In this document: positions 13,000-26,959 of the stretch, piece after piece
Layout of the letters: every line of letters begins with the position of its first letter
Numbering within the stretch: the first letter of the stretch is position 1
DNA from: Eledone cirrhosa
Lineage: Eukaryota
DNA length: 64,000 bases
Assembly: GCA_964016885.1 (NCBI GenBank)
Contig: OZ024750.1
Location: forward strand, 50,778,001-50,842,000
Direction: 5' to 3'
Program-made: the position numbers and the translations under genes
The notes under the pieces: generated by a model
What the model was told of the DNA's origin: nothing
Seen by the model: the letters and a program-made list of their open reading frames with translations, nothing else
The model's database searches: none

Positions 13000-14917
13000 G
13001 AAAAGTTGGAGAAAAAGGACCAAAAGGTGCACTTACCTTTTCGTTTCCTGGAGATCGGGTTGTACAATCTCCATTTGGGTGCTGGATGGGGTGTTGGGTG
13101 CGGTGGGGAAACCTTTTAACAGGACGCGGTCGTGGGTTTCTGAACGGGGTTGCCCACGTCCTGTGAAAATTTATTTTTAGGTCATTATAGGTTTCCATAG
13201 AAACCCTTATAAGTTTAAGGTGTGGGGACGATTCTGCCTTGACCAAAGTTTTGCCCTCCGTCTCCACCTTGGGGTTTTGGGAGATGACCTCCATCAAATT
13301 CTTGTTGTTTGTGTTGATGTATGCGTATTGCTGTTTAATGTTTTTGTTGTGTTGTTTTATTTTATTGTTCGTCGGGGAGTTTTCTTTTTATGGTGGGTGC
13401 TTGTGTTTGGGGTGGTGTTGGTGTTGGTTTTGCTGATAGGGAGATGTTTGACTGTGGTGTTGTTTGTGTTGTTGTTTGTGTCTGTGGTTGTGTGTTGGTG
13501 TTGGTGATTGGAGTTTTGGGGGTTTTGTGGTGTCTCTTTTAGTTTTTTAGATTTCGGCAGCTCTCCCTCTTCTTCACTTAAAGAAGGAGAAGCAGCTTCA
13601 TCCGTCGATGAATAATCATCGTCAGGTGTGTGAGGTAGGGGTATGTTGTGTGGTGGTGGTGTTTCGGTGTGTGTGTTTGTGGTAGTGGTTGATGGAGTGG
13701 GGTGGGGTGGAGCTGTGTTCTTCAGGGGTGTTGTCTCTGTTTTTTCTGTTGTTGCTGATTGATTGTCTGTTTGCTTTGCGTGTTGCTCGTTTCGTCTGTT
13801 GTACTTGTCGTGGTTATGGTTGTTTTGGTGTTGGTGTTGGTAATAGCGTTTTTTTAATGATGTTGTTGTGTGTTTGTGGACAAGAGTTTTTTAGCTGTGC
13901 TGTGCTACCACAGCGAAAGCAATGAAATGTTCATCCTTCTACCGAAATGTTTATTTTGTTGTTATCATCGATGACGACTCTTTCGGGTATTTAGGAGATT
14001 CTCTCCGGTTTCATTTGCAACAGAATCTCCAAATCAGTACTCGCCCACCTTTGTCTAATAGATTTTCGTATCGAATGAATCATATCAGTTTCTGGCTCTA
14101 GGAAGCCAGCCAAGATCCACCAGATGTTAATGTTTGGGGGTATATTTTTATTTTTTTATTTTTTGTGTCCTTTTTCCCATATATGTAGGGAAAAAGGTGA
14201 ATGCTTTTGACAACATTGGTGTCACAGAATGTTTTTCTGCGAGTGCCTCGCTTTTAAACAGTACGGAAACACTTCCGTACTGTTTTCCTCGCTGGAGAAA
14301 ATCGATATTTGCTAGAATTTCCTTGAAAGAATCTTGGCTAAGAAATGTCGGCTTTCTTGTGGAATTTCACACAGTCCTAAGGGTGACTGATCTGCGAATT
14401 GTGTCTTCCTTTATTTCAAGAGGTGAGTTAATTCTAAACCCATCTTTTTCTTCGAAAGTTACAAATTTTCTCCTTGCTGGAGCATATCTCTTGCATTGGA
14501 GATATCAAGATTTATAAAATCTTCTTTTTTGTTCACTGTTTCAGCGAAAGACATTTTCTTTTTTTTTTTTGTGGTGTTGCTGTTGTTGTTATCGTTGTTA
14601 GTCTCGGTGTTGGAAATCTCAGTTCCTTGACGAGGTGAAACATTATTTGTAGATGTATTTGTGGAGTTGTTGATGTCTTTTTCATCTGTATGTCTATTAA
14701 TGGGTTTAATTTCTGTGTTTTCATGTGAGTTAGTGTTATTTTTCTCCGCTTCGACGGTGGAAATTGAACAATTTTTGAGTGGTAACATTTTTTCCTCTTT
14801 GTTGACAGTCGTATCTATGGCGACGTCCATAGTAGCAGAAGCAGGTATAACATTAATATCTGCCTCTTTCTCTCTCTTTTCTCTATTGTCGTTCTCCAGC
14901 GTTCTTGTGTTGTTCAA
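13000..14917 (-). pseudogene. Tx1 ORF1 (gag-like) relic
   Basis: N/T/K-rich ORF 14459..14917 (..KKMSFAETV), a degenerate CCHC knuckle, and position upstream of the APE. Confidence 0.6.
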
Positions 14918-15178
14918 GTTATTTAGTTTGTAAAATTTGATATTTTAAAATAAAATTTTCGCCCATACAGAGGCGAAAAATGGGATTACCACCCAGCTGA
15001 CAATTCAGCTTGGGGGTTAATCTACAAAATGTTATCTTTTTCCAAACAATTAGTTCGGTTTTTTGCATAGAAATTAACAAATAGCTTACCGGCGATGTTC
15101 CACGCGTCAGGCAGAAAGAGTGATAGATAGATAGATAGATAGATAGATAGACAGATAGATAGATAGATAGATAGATAC

Positions 15179-15223
<45 letters not shown>

Positions 15224-15224
<1 letters not shown>

Positions 15225-16303
15225 TTTTTATTTGCCAGAAGGGCGCACAAGAAAAGGGGACAATACAAAGGCATTTTTTACACGACTGTATGTAAAATAC
15301 AGTCGTGTAAAAAATGAAAAAAACAAAAAATTACAACAATCGAAATCCCCAATAGGGGGGAAGCGCCACAAATGAGTTGTTTAATACAACCCTCAACTCC
15401 AGGAGCGTGTTGTGCAAGTGCTTCTTTCGTCCTTTTGCTCTCTTCTTTAACCTACAGGCTTATAAACAGAGAAGGCCCAATCACTCGGGCCATTTTCGCT
15501 TCATTCACCCACCTTTCAGTAAATTTACTGGGGTGCAGTGCCTCTCTCTCCAGTCGATTCTCCTTCTAAAGTGATACTTAAAGAAGGGAATCAATTGTCA
15601 CTGTACAGAGGGAAAACCGCCTCTCTTTCGTTTTTGAAAGAGGCTGGCGGTTTGAACCTTACTATGGACCCGGAGAGTCAACTGGATTTGTCCCATACGC
15701 GACAGCAGTTGTTCTGCATAGTTCCACAGGTCGGTTACGCCCGGGCAGTGTACAATTGCGTACAGGACTGTTTCAATGTCCTGCGCGCATCTTCGACACG
15801 TCCTCTTGGAAGGATCCCTGCCGAGGCGTCCGTACCTGTAGATCTTGTGATGAACTGGTAGAGGTCCTCGGTAGCACTTCGAGGCCAGGGACCTCTGGAA
15901 GTTGTCCATACGTCCCGGGCGGAAAGTCCTACCAAGCAGGACTGGTGAGCTCATCGTCTTTGACGCCCACAGTCTCTCGGAGCACTTTGTCGCCCTTGCA
16001 ACGTACAATCCCTCTATAGAATGTCGAAGTGGAGTCTCCACTGATGGCTGCGCCCGCTTGCCAGAGGACTGTGAGCGCCTGAGCACATTCAATGTGCCAG
16101 GCGCCCATCCTTTTCGATCTTTTCTTGACCCAGGACTGCAGCTCCGTCAGCAAGACGAGCTGTGGGAAAGCCTGTCTCACAAACGGTGCCCACACCGATT
16201 GGGGGTCGGTGAGAAATACCTGGAGATGCCGCAGCCTCAGCACATGTTAGCGCATCATCAGCCACGGCATTCCCAGACCTCCGTTGGAACGGTGCTGTCA
16301 GCA
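15224..16303 (-). mobile_element. 5'-truncated Tx1 copy (ORF2 C-terminus with Zn motif + 3' UTR) between (GATA)n
   Basis: LRLRHLQVFL..., CRRCAQDIETVLYAIVHCP..LW, and the same 3' terminus GCCCTTCTGGCAAATAAA. Confidence 0.85.
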
Positions 16304-16328
16304 GAGATAGATAGATAGATAGAAATAT

Positions 16329-16395
<67 letters not shown>

Positions 16396-16696
16396 TGTTT
16401 CTTTATTAGCCACAGGGGCACAAAAGAAGGGGACAAATACAAAGGGGGAAGTTTACATACAATAAAAACGTGTAAAATGTTATCACAAAAGCAATTTAAA
16501 AAGTTAGTCGATTTTCCCCAATAGCGGGAGACAGTTCATATGGGTAAACATACCCCCGAAAAAATGTGCAACACTCAATTCCAGGAGTACGAAGCGTTTG
16601 TGCTCCTTTCCTTTCCTCCTCCTCCTTTTCCTCAACCTACAGGCTGATATAGAGAGAAGGCCCATTCACTCGGGCCATTCTCGCCACTTTCACCCA
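16396..16696 (-). mobile_element. Short 5'-truncated Tx1 copy (3' UTR) between (GATA)n
   Basis: Homologous to 15230-15510. Terminus GCCCCTGTGGCTAATAAA. Confidence 0.8.
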
Positions 16697-16720
16697 GATA
16701 GATAGATAGATAGATAGATG

Positions 16721-16771
<51 letters not shown>

Positions 16772-17234
16772 TCTTATATCCACTAAAAAAATATAACAAA
16801 CTTTCTGTCGTACACTCTCGAACTCATCACCGTCACTAATCTACTGTGGTGAAATATAGCGCCAATAATAATGGCCGCCTATATGCACGACGTATATAAT
16901 ACTATTTAATACTATTACAATATGAAAGAAAAATAACTCTAGCGCTTTATGTACATTTTAATATATATTTAGCCTTTACCTAACACCGAAATTATTCGGA
17001 TTTAATGTAATATATATATCCATAAATAGTATTAATATATGATATTGATTTCCATCAAGGTCCCATATATAGCGGACGACGTATGAACGTTTATGAAGCG
17101 TGACAAATTTCAGATATTCTGAATAGGTATTGTATCGAACAGAACCTAAATTACGATAGTAAAATAAACCAAGCAAATGAATTGTAAACAATGGAAAATA
17201 CAGAAAAGCGTAAACAAGAATTATATATCGAGAA

Positions 17235-17322
<88 letters not shown>

Positions 17323-17527
17323 GGGGTGCGCGTGCGCGCGCGCGTGTGTGTGTGTGTGTGTGTGTATATGTATATAGTGGGGGAACATATTCTGATCTTT
17401 TACATCCGTATGTCTGTCTGTCTATACACAAACGGTCCACCTACACACACACACGCACATACACACATATGTGCGCGCGCGTGTGTGTGTGTGAATGTGT
17501 GTGTGTGTACGTATGGGTGTGTAAAGA

Positions 17528-17605
17528 AGCGTCGTAGCTTAGTAGTTAGCATATTCGGCTCACGTTCATAAGTCGTGAGTTCGATTGTCAGTGGCGCAAT
17601 ATGCA
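17528..17605 (+). mobile_element. tRNA-SINE head
   Basis: TAGCTTAGTAG A-box-like and GAGTTCGATT B-box-like motifs. Confidence 0.5.
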
Positions 17606-17794
17606 AAACATTTTATTCAAGCGCTAACACCTACTGCTCTCTTTCTTTTCCTCACTTTTCCCAAAAGAGCCTAACGTTATACCTTATCCAAAGTATCGAC
17701 CTCCATAGAGACTTATGTCTGGAGCATACACGGTTTCGGTAACAACACGTCACTTCGTGAAAAATGTTATTGGGCAAGTTACAAGGCCACAGTG

Positions 17795-17980
17795 AATTGG
17801 CAGTATCGGTAGAGGGTCGGACGCCATGCTTTCCAGCATAGTTACGTCCCTTTACGATCTGAGTTCAAATCCCGCCGAGGTTGACTTTGCCTTTCATCCT
17901 TACGGGGTCGATAAAATAAAGTACCAGTAATGCACTGGGTAATTGCTGGCCTTGTGCCTAAAGTAGAAACAAGTATTATT
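17795..17980 (+). mobile_element. tRNA-SINE (3214 family)
   Basis: TGGCAGTATCGG...GAGTTCAAATCCCGCCGAGG...GTAGAAACAA. Confidence 0.85.
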
Positions 17981-19721
17981 CTTTAGCTCTTATCTTGGGT
18001 TCAGTCATCACACTGAGGTCATGGACGGGTAGCACCTTGAACAAACTTTTAGTTAATAATATATTCCCCACTACTTCAATTCGCGTACTTATTTTATCAA
18101 GCATCTTTTGTCAAACCGTTAAAATAATCATAAACGTGGCAACTGACATACATATATGCACCAATTCTGTCTACCAATTTTGCTGGCCCAGACGTTGGTC
18201 AACTAAGTGCTAGAGTAGAAACGACACTTGCTGAGAATACCACGCATTGGGGTTAAATCTCACCAAAAAATATCACGCATTTACGAAGTGAATTCCTTGT
18301 ATCTGTCTGCCCCCCTAGAAGTGTAAGTTGGACAGTCCATAGGCTAACTATCAGGGAATGATGCTGGTACATTAATTTCATGAATTAATTTCAACTCTTC
18401 TTATTAATAACTCCATTGTTTCTTTCCAGGAACTATGTTGAAAAATAAACCACATTTGGTCAATTCATGAGAGTATCTTAGTCAATCTATGAAGTTTTCA
18501 ACCGACCCTCGTAAATTAGCTTTTGTCAAATATTTTATATCTTTTATTTGTATAGCTAAGTCTTAGTTAGAATACAAGTCAAAATACTTTGCGATATATA
18601 TATGGTGACCCCAAAACACTCCTTGATTTCAAATACTTATAATATCAAAACTTAAATGAATATTCTTACGATATTAGTGGTCACGGTTGCATAAACTAAC
18701 AAACTTTCTGTCCCCATTTGCCGAATGGAAGCCTACCTACCACGTATATTCTATCACCTACGAACTCAGATAGGTTTCCATTTATTCGTACCAGATCTCC
18801 GATTTTAGGATGAGAGATTATCTAAGTATAATATTTCGTACTGTAGTAAGGTATAGGTCCTGGAATCTGATTCCTTTCCTCCCAGCAGCCTGAATGTCTC
18901 GCTGAAATATAAGGGACTTTGCTCTTCCACTCTTGAGACTAACGTTCTCTCTTGCGACAGGCATTTCTCAGAGCGTAGATTATTTATCTCACAGCAACAC
19001 AATATTATTTGATAGAGTTGTTATATTATTAAGAACGCCGGGGGATTGCTAGAAATTGTAAAAATATATGATACCATTATTCCATCCAACAATGTCCCTT
19101 AACACATCATTCAGCTGTAGCTGTGACATCAAGATATACGTGGCGTCCTGGCATTCAAGCTGATCGGTGAGAAATTCTAGATGAATAAAGTGAAACGGAG
19201 AGAGAGAGAGAGAGAGGACAAACAGAGACAGGGGGAGGGAGAGAGCGAGACGTGAGAAATATGAAGGAAGAAATAACTGTAATATTAAACTGGCACTTTT
19301 AACGATCTCTAATGTATGAAAGGTAAACTTGGCCTTCGCGGAATTTGAATTCACATGACAGAGAATCAGATAACAGAAAGAGTTCTAGCCGATATTCTAG
19401 CATCTCTGCTACTTTGCAGTCTTATAACTTTATTTGCAGGATGAAAATAAAACGAAGTTGGTGCTGTGAACAAATAAAGCTATCAGACGATAAATGTATT
19501 TAAACATAAGAGGATTCAAGCATGTTTAATAATGTTTTCCTCTCTGTAACATTTCTTTATGTTCTCAAATGACTATTTCGCTTGTAAATTTCGTATTATT
19601 CAATTTCGCCGAAAATAATTTCCATATTAATGGCGGCTTTCTTTTATCCGCTCCCCACTCACCACATAAAATTATGACAGCAGGCACTAAAAAAATGAAC
19701 AGTAATGTTTTACTGTTTTTA

Positions 19722-19781
<60 letters not shown>

Positions 19782-19837
19782 CGTTTCTGAATTTGTTTAG
19801 AAAGATTCTTTATCTGAACATGACCCTCCCAAAGTAT

Positions 19838-19911
<74 letters not shown>

Positions 19912-19956
19912 ATATATATGTATATTTTAATGTATATATATATATATATATATATC

Positions 19957-20014
<58 letters not shown>

Positions 20015-20417
20015 GAGAAAGAGAGAGAGTGAGAGAGGGAGAGAGAGAGGGAGAGAGGGAGAGAGAGAGAGAGAGAGAGATTATAGCATTAATATAATAT
20101 ATATGTTATTAAATTATATTATATTAGGTTTTATATATATATAGTATAGGTAATAACATAAATGTTGGTGAATGTGGAAACTTTAGATAAATTTAGTACG
20201 GAAATCATTCGAGGAAGTTATAGAAGATAAAATAATATACTGACCATACAATATGTACATATAATGTATGGACATATACATATATACACTCACACACACA
20301 TATATATATATAAAGAGAGAGAGAGGGGGTGGGGGAGAGGGAGTGAGGTAAGGAAGGGATGATTGAAAACCACTTGGTTACCTGCTCATTAATAGATAAA
20401 TAAGCTCATATGTATAC

Positions 20418-20555
<138 letters not shown>

Positions 20556-20654
20556 GAGAACCGACGTCTCGTTCGAGAATTGGGGCACCGATCTCGGTAC
20601 CTCTCGCATGCTAATTCCCCAACACATACATACATATATATGGAGAGAGAGGGG

Positions 20655-20717
<63 letters not shown>

Positions 20718-20884
20718 GGGATGGGAATGTGACGTCCGGTAGAGGTCCAAAGAGCTTTTGATTCCAGAGTCGGGCTAGATCGATACAGATCAAACCTTGA
20801 ACTGATCAATAGCGAAACGCCCGTCACTACTCCATAAACGTAATGAAGACATAACAAATCGTCCTTTTTCGGATTAAAAGGTAG

Positions 20885-21484
20885 GATGTCATGTTTTTCA
20901 GCATAGAGTTACGGCCCTTTACAGTCTGAGTTAAAATCCTGCCGAGGTTAAGTTTGCCTTACATCCTTACAGGGTCGATAAAATAAAGTACCAGTCACAC
21001 ACTGGGCGCTATTAAATCGAATATTTCCCTCCCCCAGAACTGCTGGCCTTGTGCCTATGTAAGAAACCATTATTATTATGATATGGACGGATTATCAAGG
21101 GTGGCGGATTGGCAGTATCGGTAGAGCGTCGGACGACATGTATGGTGGCATTGAGTTACAGCCCTTTACGTTCTGAGTTCAAATCCCGCCGAAGTTAACT
21201 TTGTCTTTCATCCTTACGGGTCGATAAAATAAAGTACCAGTGAGTAATTGCTGGCCTTGTGTCAAAAGTAGAAACAATTATTATCATATGGGCGGTGGAT
21301 TGGCAATATCGGTAGAGGGGCAGACGCCATGCTTTGACGCATAGAGTTACGGTCCTTGTCATTCTGAGTTCAAATCCCACCGAGGTTAACTTTGCCTTTC
21401 ATCCTTACGGGGCCGCTAAAATAAAGTATCAGTAATGCACTGGGTAATTGCTGGCCTTGTGCCAAAAGTAGAAACAATTATTAC
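20885..21484 (+). mobile_element. Tandem cluster of three tRNA-SINE copies
   Basis: B boxes at ~20928, ~21175 and ~21366, each followed by the CCTTTCATCCTTACGGG body. Confidence 0.85.
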
Positions 21485-21486
21485 CA

Positions 21487-22268
<782 letters not shown>

Positions 22269-22548
22269 ATATATATTATCCAGTCCATGGCCGCCTTCTC
22301 CTTCCTGGTGGAGGAACCCCTCCTAGGTTGATCTACATCTCTTTCTGTTTGGTTTTGATCGTGTGAGGAGTGTAGCCGTACTCACTACATTTGGCCAATT
22401 GCAGGTTGGTCAAGCTATTTAACCCACACTTCACCTTCCCTTTAACAACGCTTATTTTTGATGCTGCTGGGGTTCCACCTACCCAACCCTCCAGACACCA
22501 GGTTGTGTTGTGTTAGATGGTACAAGTAACAAACAGAAGCCTGACTTG

Positions 22549-22647
<99 letters not shown>

Positions 22648-23585
22648 AATCATTGTTTGATGTAGGCAACACAAGATTTCTCGATTTCGTGTTATTTATC
22701 CAAATAAAAATTGCTGCGACATTTGCTTTTCAAGACGAAACTCCTGAGACTTTTGTCGTGTTTATTGCGTCAATGGTTCCTTCAGTTGTGTAATCTTGAT
22801 GCACGTTTGCTATTCTCTTTGAGATGTTCTCCACTTCCACTTGATAACCTCATGCCAACGAGTTATAATATTTCGTATTCTTTCAAATACGGTTAGCCTA
22901 AGTTTCCCGAGGTGTACATCGTTTGGCAAGTATCCATTACTGATGAGACGTGACATCATATATTATTGACTTGAACTCAATTCTCGACCGCTAATTCTTC
23001 CATCTATCTTTTGCCGGAATAATGGCAAAATCGGCTTCAGCTGGACTTGAACACATAATATAAAGGGCCGTAATTTAATATTTAAAAAATAAACATTTTG
23101 TACAATTTAGGAATTTTGATGTTAGCCACAAGAAATTCTTGAACATATACAATTGTTAATTTAATATCTTGATCACAGACACAACACACAATGTGTGTTA
23201 GCTATAAACACGGCTGGTTACCTGTAAAATATCACCTTTGTTAAACTCACCATAGAGAGAAAAGTAGCGAACTGAGAATATATTTCAACCGAAAGGTAAG
23301 TAAGAAGACACAAAGCAATAATTTCTCTATTTAAAAAAATATATTCTAAATCATGAAATAAAGACCAATGGAGAAAACTCGATGAGATGTAAGTATAGCA
23401 AATTTCAGATGGAATGGAATGGAGAAAGTATCTAATTATATACCTTTATAATATATATTTATATATATATGAACGTATATATCTATATCTATATATCTAT
23501 TTCGATATACCAATACCTATATGTACATATGAATGTATATATGCACGTACACGCACACACACACGTATATATATATATATATCTT

Positions 23586-23684
<99 letters not shown>

Positions 23685-25371
23685 GCATATAAATATATAC
23701 ATATAAAGAAATAGATATATTGAAAGATAGACTGATATTTAATTTTTAGATATATTTGGTGATGTATATATGTATATATATATATGTGTGTTATATATAT
23801 ATGTGTGTGTTTTTTTGCTTGTAAATATGTGTTGTTTTGTTGGTGGGTATATTTTGTTGCGTGTTTCTGTAGAGTGCGACAGAAATGAAGATGGAGACAG
23901 AGAAAAAATGAAATAGGAAGATAAGTGAAGAAAATTGAAATATGTTTCTCTGCCATTAGTTTTCATAATGTTCAAAACACACGTATATTTCATATTTGTG
24001 AATTTATATTTCTCTAATGTTTTTATTTTTGTTGTTTTGGTCTTTTTCTCCTGTCTTTCCTAACAAGTGAATCGTTAATAACAGAACTTATATCGTTATA
24101 CATAGTCAGTGAAGTATTCATAACAATATACAAATTTACTAGAAATAGAGGGGAGACAGACTGGCTGATATATGCTTAAATTTCTTTACTTTGATTAGAT
24201 TTTATAGAGGGTCAGTGCGCATGTGCATTGCATTGTGTCGAGACTGACGTTGTGTTTTTCGTTCCGCCTGTATTTTGTTTATTTTTTCTTTTTGTCCCAT
24301 TTTATTCATTTTTAATATATTGTTTTATATTATACTTCATCCTTGTGGTAAATATTTTTTATGCGGTGTGATTTTTCTATTGAAGAAAAAATAAAATATT
24401 TGTATTTGGAGATAAATATCTTTGGAATAGTGTGGCGCCCCAGCTTTCTGAAGAACTTAAGTAGTATGTAAAGTATACGAAATAGCTTTATTCTCAAAAC
24501 TATTCACAACAATTTCATAGAAAATATCCTCCGTGTAATTAATGACTTTACTATTCAGGTGACGCACAATTAGGTTAATAATATATTTTTTTTTTTTTTT
24601 TTTTTTGGCTTCATTTTATTTTGTATTTATGATCTAAATTGTTACAAATTTAGACAAACCAGAAGAAATGATGCGAGTAAAAGTTAACCCAACCATAATC
24701 ATTTTGTCTAAAAGAATAGTGCAGTCAAAACATTGATATTTTTTCTCTTTAATTGATGCATTCATTATATGTTATCAAATAAATAAACAACTTCATTATT
24801 CTAGAGCGGCATAATTAAAATATATTGAAAGAGTTAGGCGACAGACCTTGGCGTCAATTACTTTAAATAGTACCTACCAACAAACATACATGGAATTGAA
24901 AAAAATGTGAATAATATATAATTTAGAAATATATTCTAGTTCAGAAACAGAATTTAATCATTTTGAAAGATCTTCTCTTAGATTTCAATTACATTTCCAG
25001 TGTAGTGTTGTTTAGTTATTTAGAATGTTTTATAACTATAGAGAATCGTGTCTTTCACATTTCTTTATTTCATGAGTTGGTATGGAGGACACATTAATGA
25101 CGGTTAAGACATTATTCGCGGAAGCCTATAATTCGCTATAGTGCATAGATTTAGATATCCGAGCACATTTATATTATTGTTTGTTTATTTCGATACCAAT
25201 GGTGATCGATAAAATAAATACCTGAATAAATATGTACTGGGATCGGTATGATTGACTAAATCATTTCAAGCCATTGCTCCAGCATGGTGGCAGGCTAATA
25301 CATGAAACATGAAAATAGATATAGCATACATATATATTCTTGTATGTATAGACTCTCATGTACACACACAC

Positions 25372-25460
<89 letters not shown>

Positions 25461-25463
<3 letters not shown>

Positions 25464-25650
25464 AACGAGTAAGACCCCGACGGCTGAGCTCAAGCCATTT
25501 TCGACGGCTAATTTTCGAATTAGCCGTCGAAACGGTTTGAGCTCAGCCGTCGGGGCCTTACTCGTTCCTATTACCCACTCTACTACCCTAAGTATTGAGT
25601 ACTTTGGTGCGTTATGGTACACCTGGTTCCTTACTACATTTCCTTCGTTA
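25461..25650 (+). mobile_element. Family B pLTR fold-back centred in HHR stem II, in (TA)n
   Basis: Centre GACGGCTAATT ttcg AATTAGCCGTC-GAAA-CGGTT..AGCCG-TC. Confidence 0.8.
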
Positions 25651-25835
25651 TATATATATATATGTGTGTGTGTGTTCATGTATGTATACATATATATGTG
25701 TGTGTACATGTATGTATATATATATATATATACATACATACATGCACACACACATATTTATATATATATATTGTTCTTAAGAGTTTTGTATTCTCCATCA
25801 TAAAGTTCTGCTTCCATATATATATAAATAAAAAA

Positions 25836-26391
25836 AGTGGAGAATAACATGGTCAACAGTACAAAAAAGGGGATTTATTTACAATTTAACAATTGTTTCT
25901 CTGATTAAGTTCTCTAAAAATTGCTGAACGCTAGAAGCAGTGCCACTCAATTTCAAATACGATGTTAGCCAATCAGATCATCAGAAACTGTTACAAAAAA
26001 TATATATAACCGGCAAATTTACGAATTTGTAAATTTGCCGGTTATATATATTTTTTGTAACAGTTTCTGATGATCTGATTGGCTAACATCGTATTTGAAA
26101 TTGAGTGGCACTGCTTCTAGCGTTCAGCAATTTTTAGAGAACTTAATCAGAGAAACAATTGTTAGTCTGTAAATAAATCCTCTTGCTTGTACTGTTGAAC
26201 ATGTTATTCTTCACTTTTTCAATTTTATTACTCCAAGATAAACTTACATAGGAATACAAGTGAAATCATAAACTTGTCATATACGTAAACCTCTTATTGA
26301 GTCAAACAACGCCGTAGGATAAAACTATCCTTAATAAGAAGTATTCACAACCTCTAACTGGATTACCTATAACGATATGTTGTTATCCCTT
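25836..26391 (+). mobile_element. Family C pLTR hairpin cassette (~190-bp arms, centre ~26026)
   Basis: 25888-26023 is a near-exact reverse complement of 26029-26164. Flanked by TA runs. Related to the pLTR at 62630-62830. Confidence 0.85.
26060..26170 (+). ncRNA. Type-I hammerhead with extended stem II
   Basis: ACAGTTT-CTGATGA-TCTGATT...AATCAGA-GAAA-CAATTG-TT-AGTCTGT. Confidence 0.75.
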
Positions 26392-26403
26392 ATATATATA
26401 TAT

Positions 26404-26493
<90 letters not shown>

Positions 26494-26959
26494 CATTTAC
26501 AACTTTCCCCCTTCAAGGAGACACCATACCAAATCACTCAACTACTACGCGGATGCCTCATCGTCAAACATAGGGAAAAGATACCACCGCCATGATAGAT
26601 GTAACAACTTCCCCGCTTCAAGGGGACAGCAAGGTAATTACCATTTTCTCAACTCTCGCTTCCACAATACACAACAAACCCACACCACACGATACAACCA
26701 ACAACGTAGGCCACTTATAACACCACAATACAACATGGCACATAGAAACACACACCCATACTCGCAGTACAGGAACACCCCATTCAATCTACAACCACCA
26801 ACCCGAACCACATTTCACAACAACAAGGAATATAACAAACACAGGAGACCACTTAACATCAGCAGACAACCCCTCTACCCCAACCATTTTTTAGACACAG
26901 CACACAGATACAAGCAAACAAAATAACACAAGACAGGGAGGAGAAACCGATAGTAATAA

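Larger units (their letters stand above)
12176..15121 (-). mobile_element. L1/Tx1-clade non-LTR retrotransposon, internally deleted (ORF1 + APE, no RT), between (GATA)n tracts
   Basis: ORF1 relic with CFRCG knuckle at ~13890-13925. ORF2 starts MASLRVGTVNVRGL..IAITESR. The 3' terminus GCCCTTGTGGCTAATAAA abuts (TATC)n. Confidence 0.85.

Noticed and set aside
18600-19200. Possible host exons or mariner transposase relic (ORFs 18805..19002, 19049..19354)
   Set aside because: No recognisable motif or convincing splice-bounded frame.
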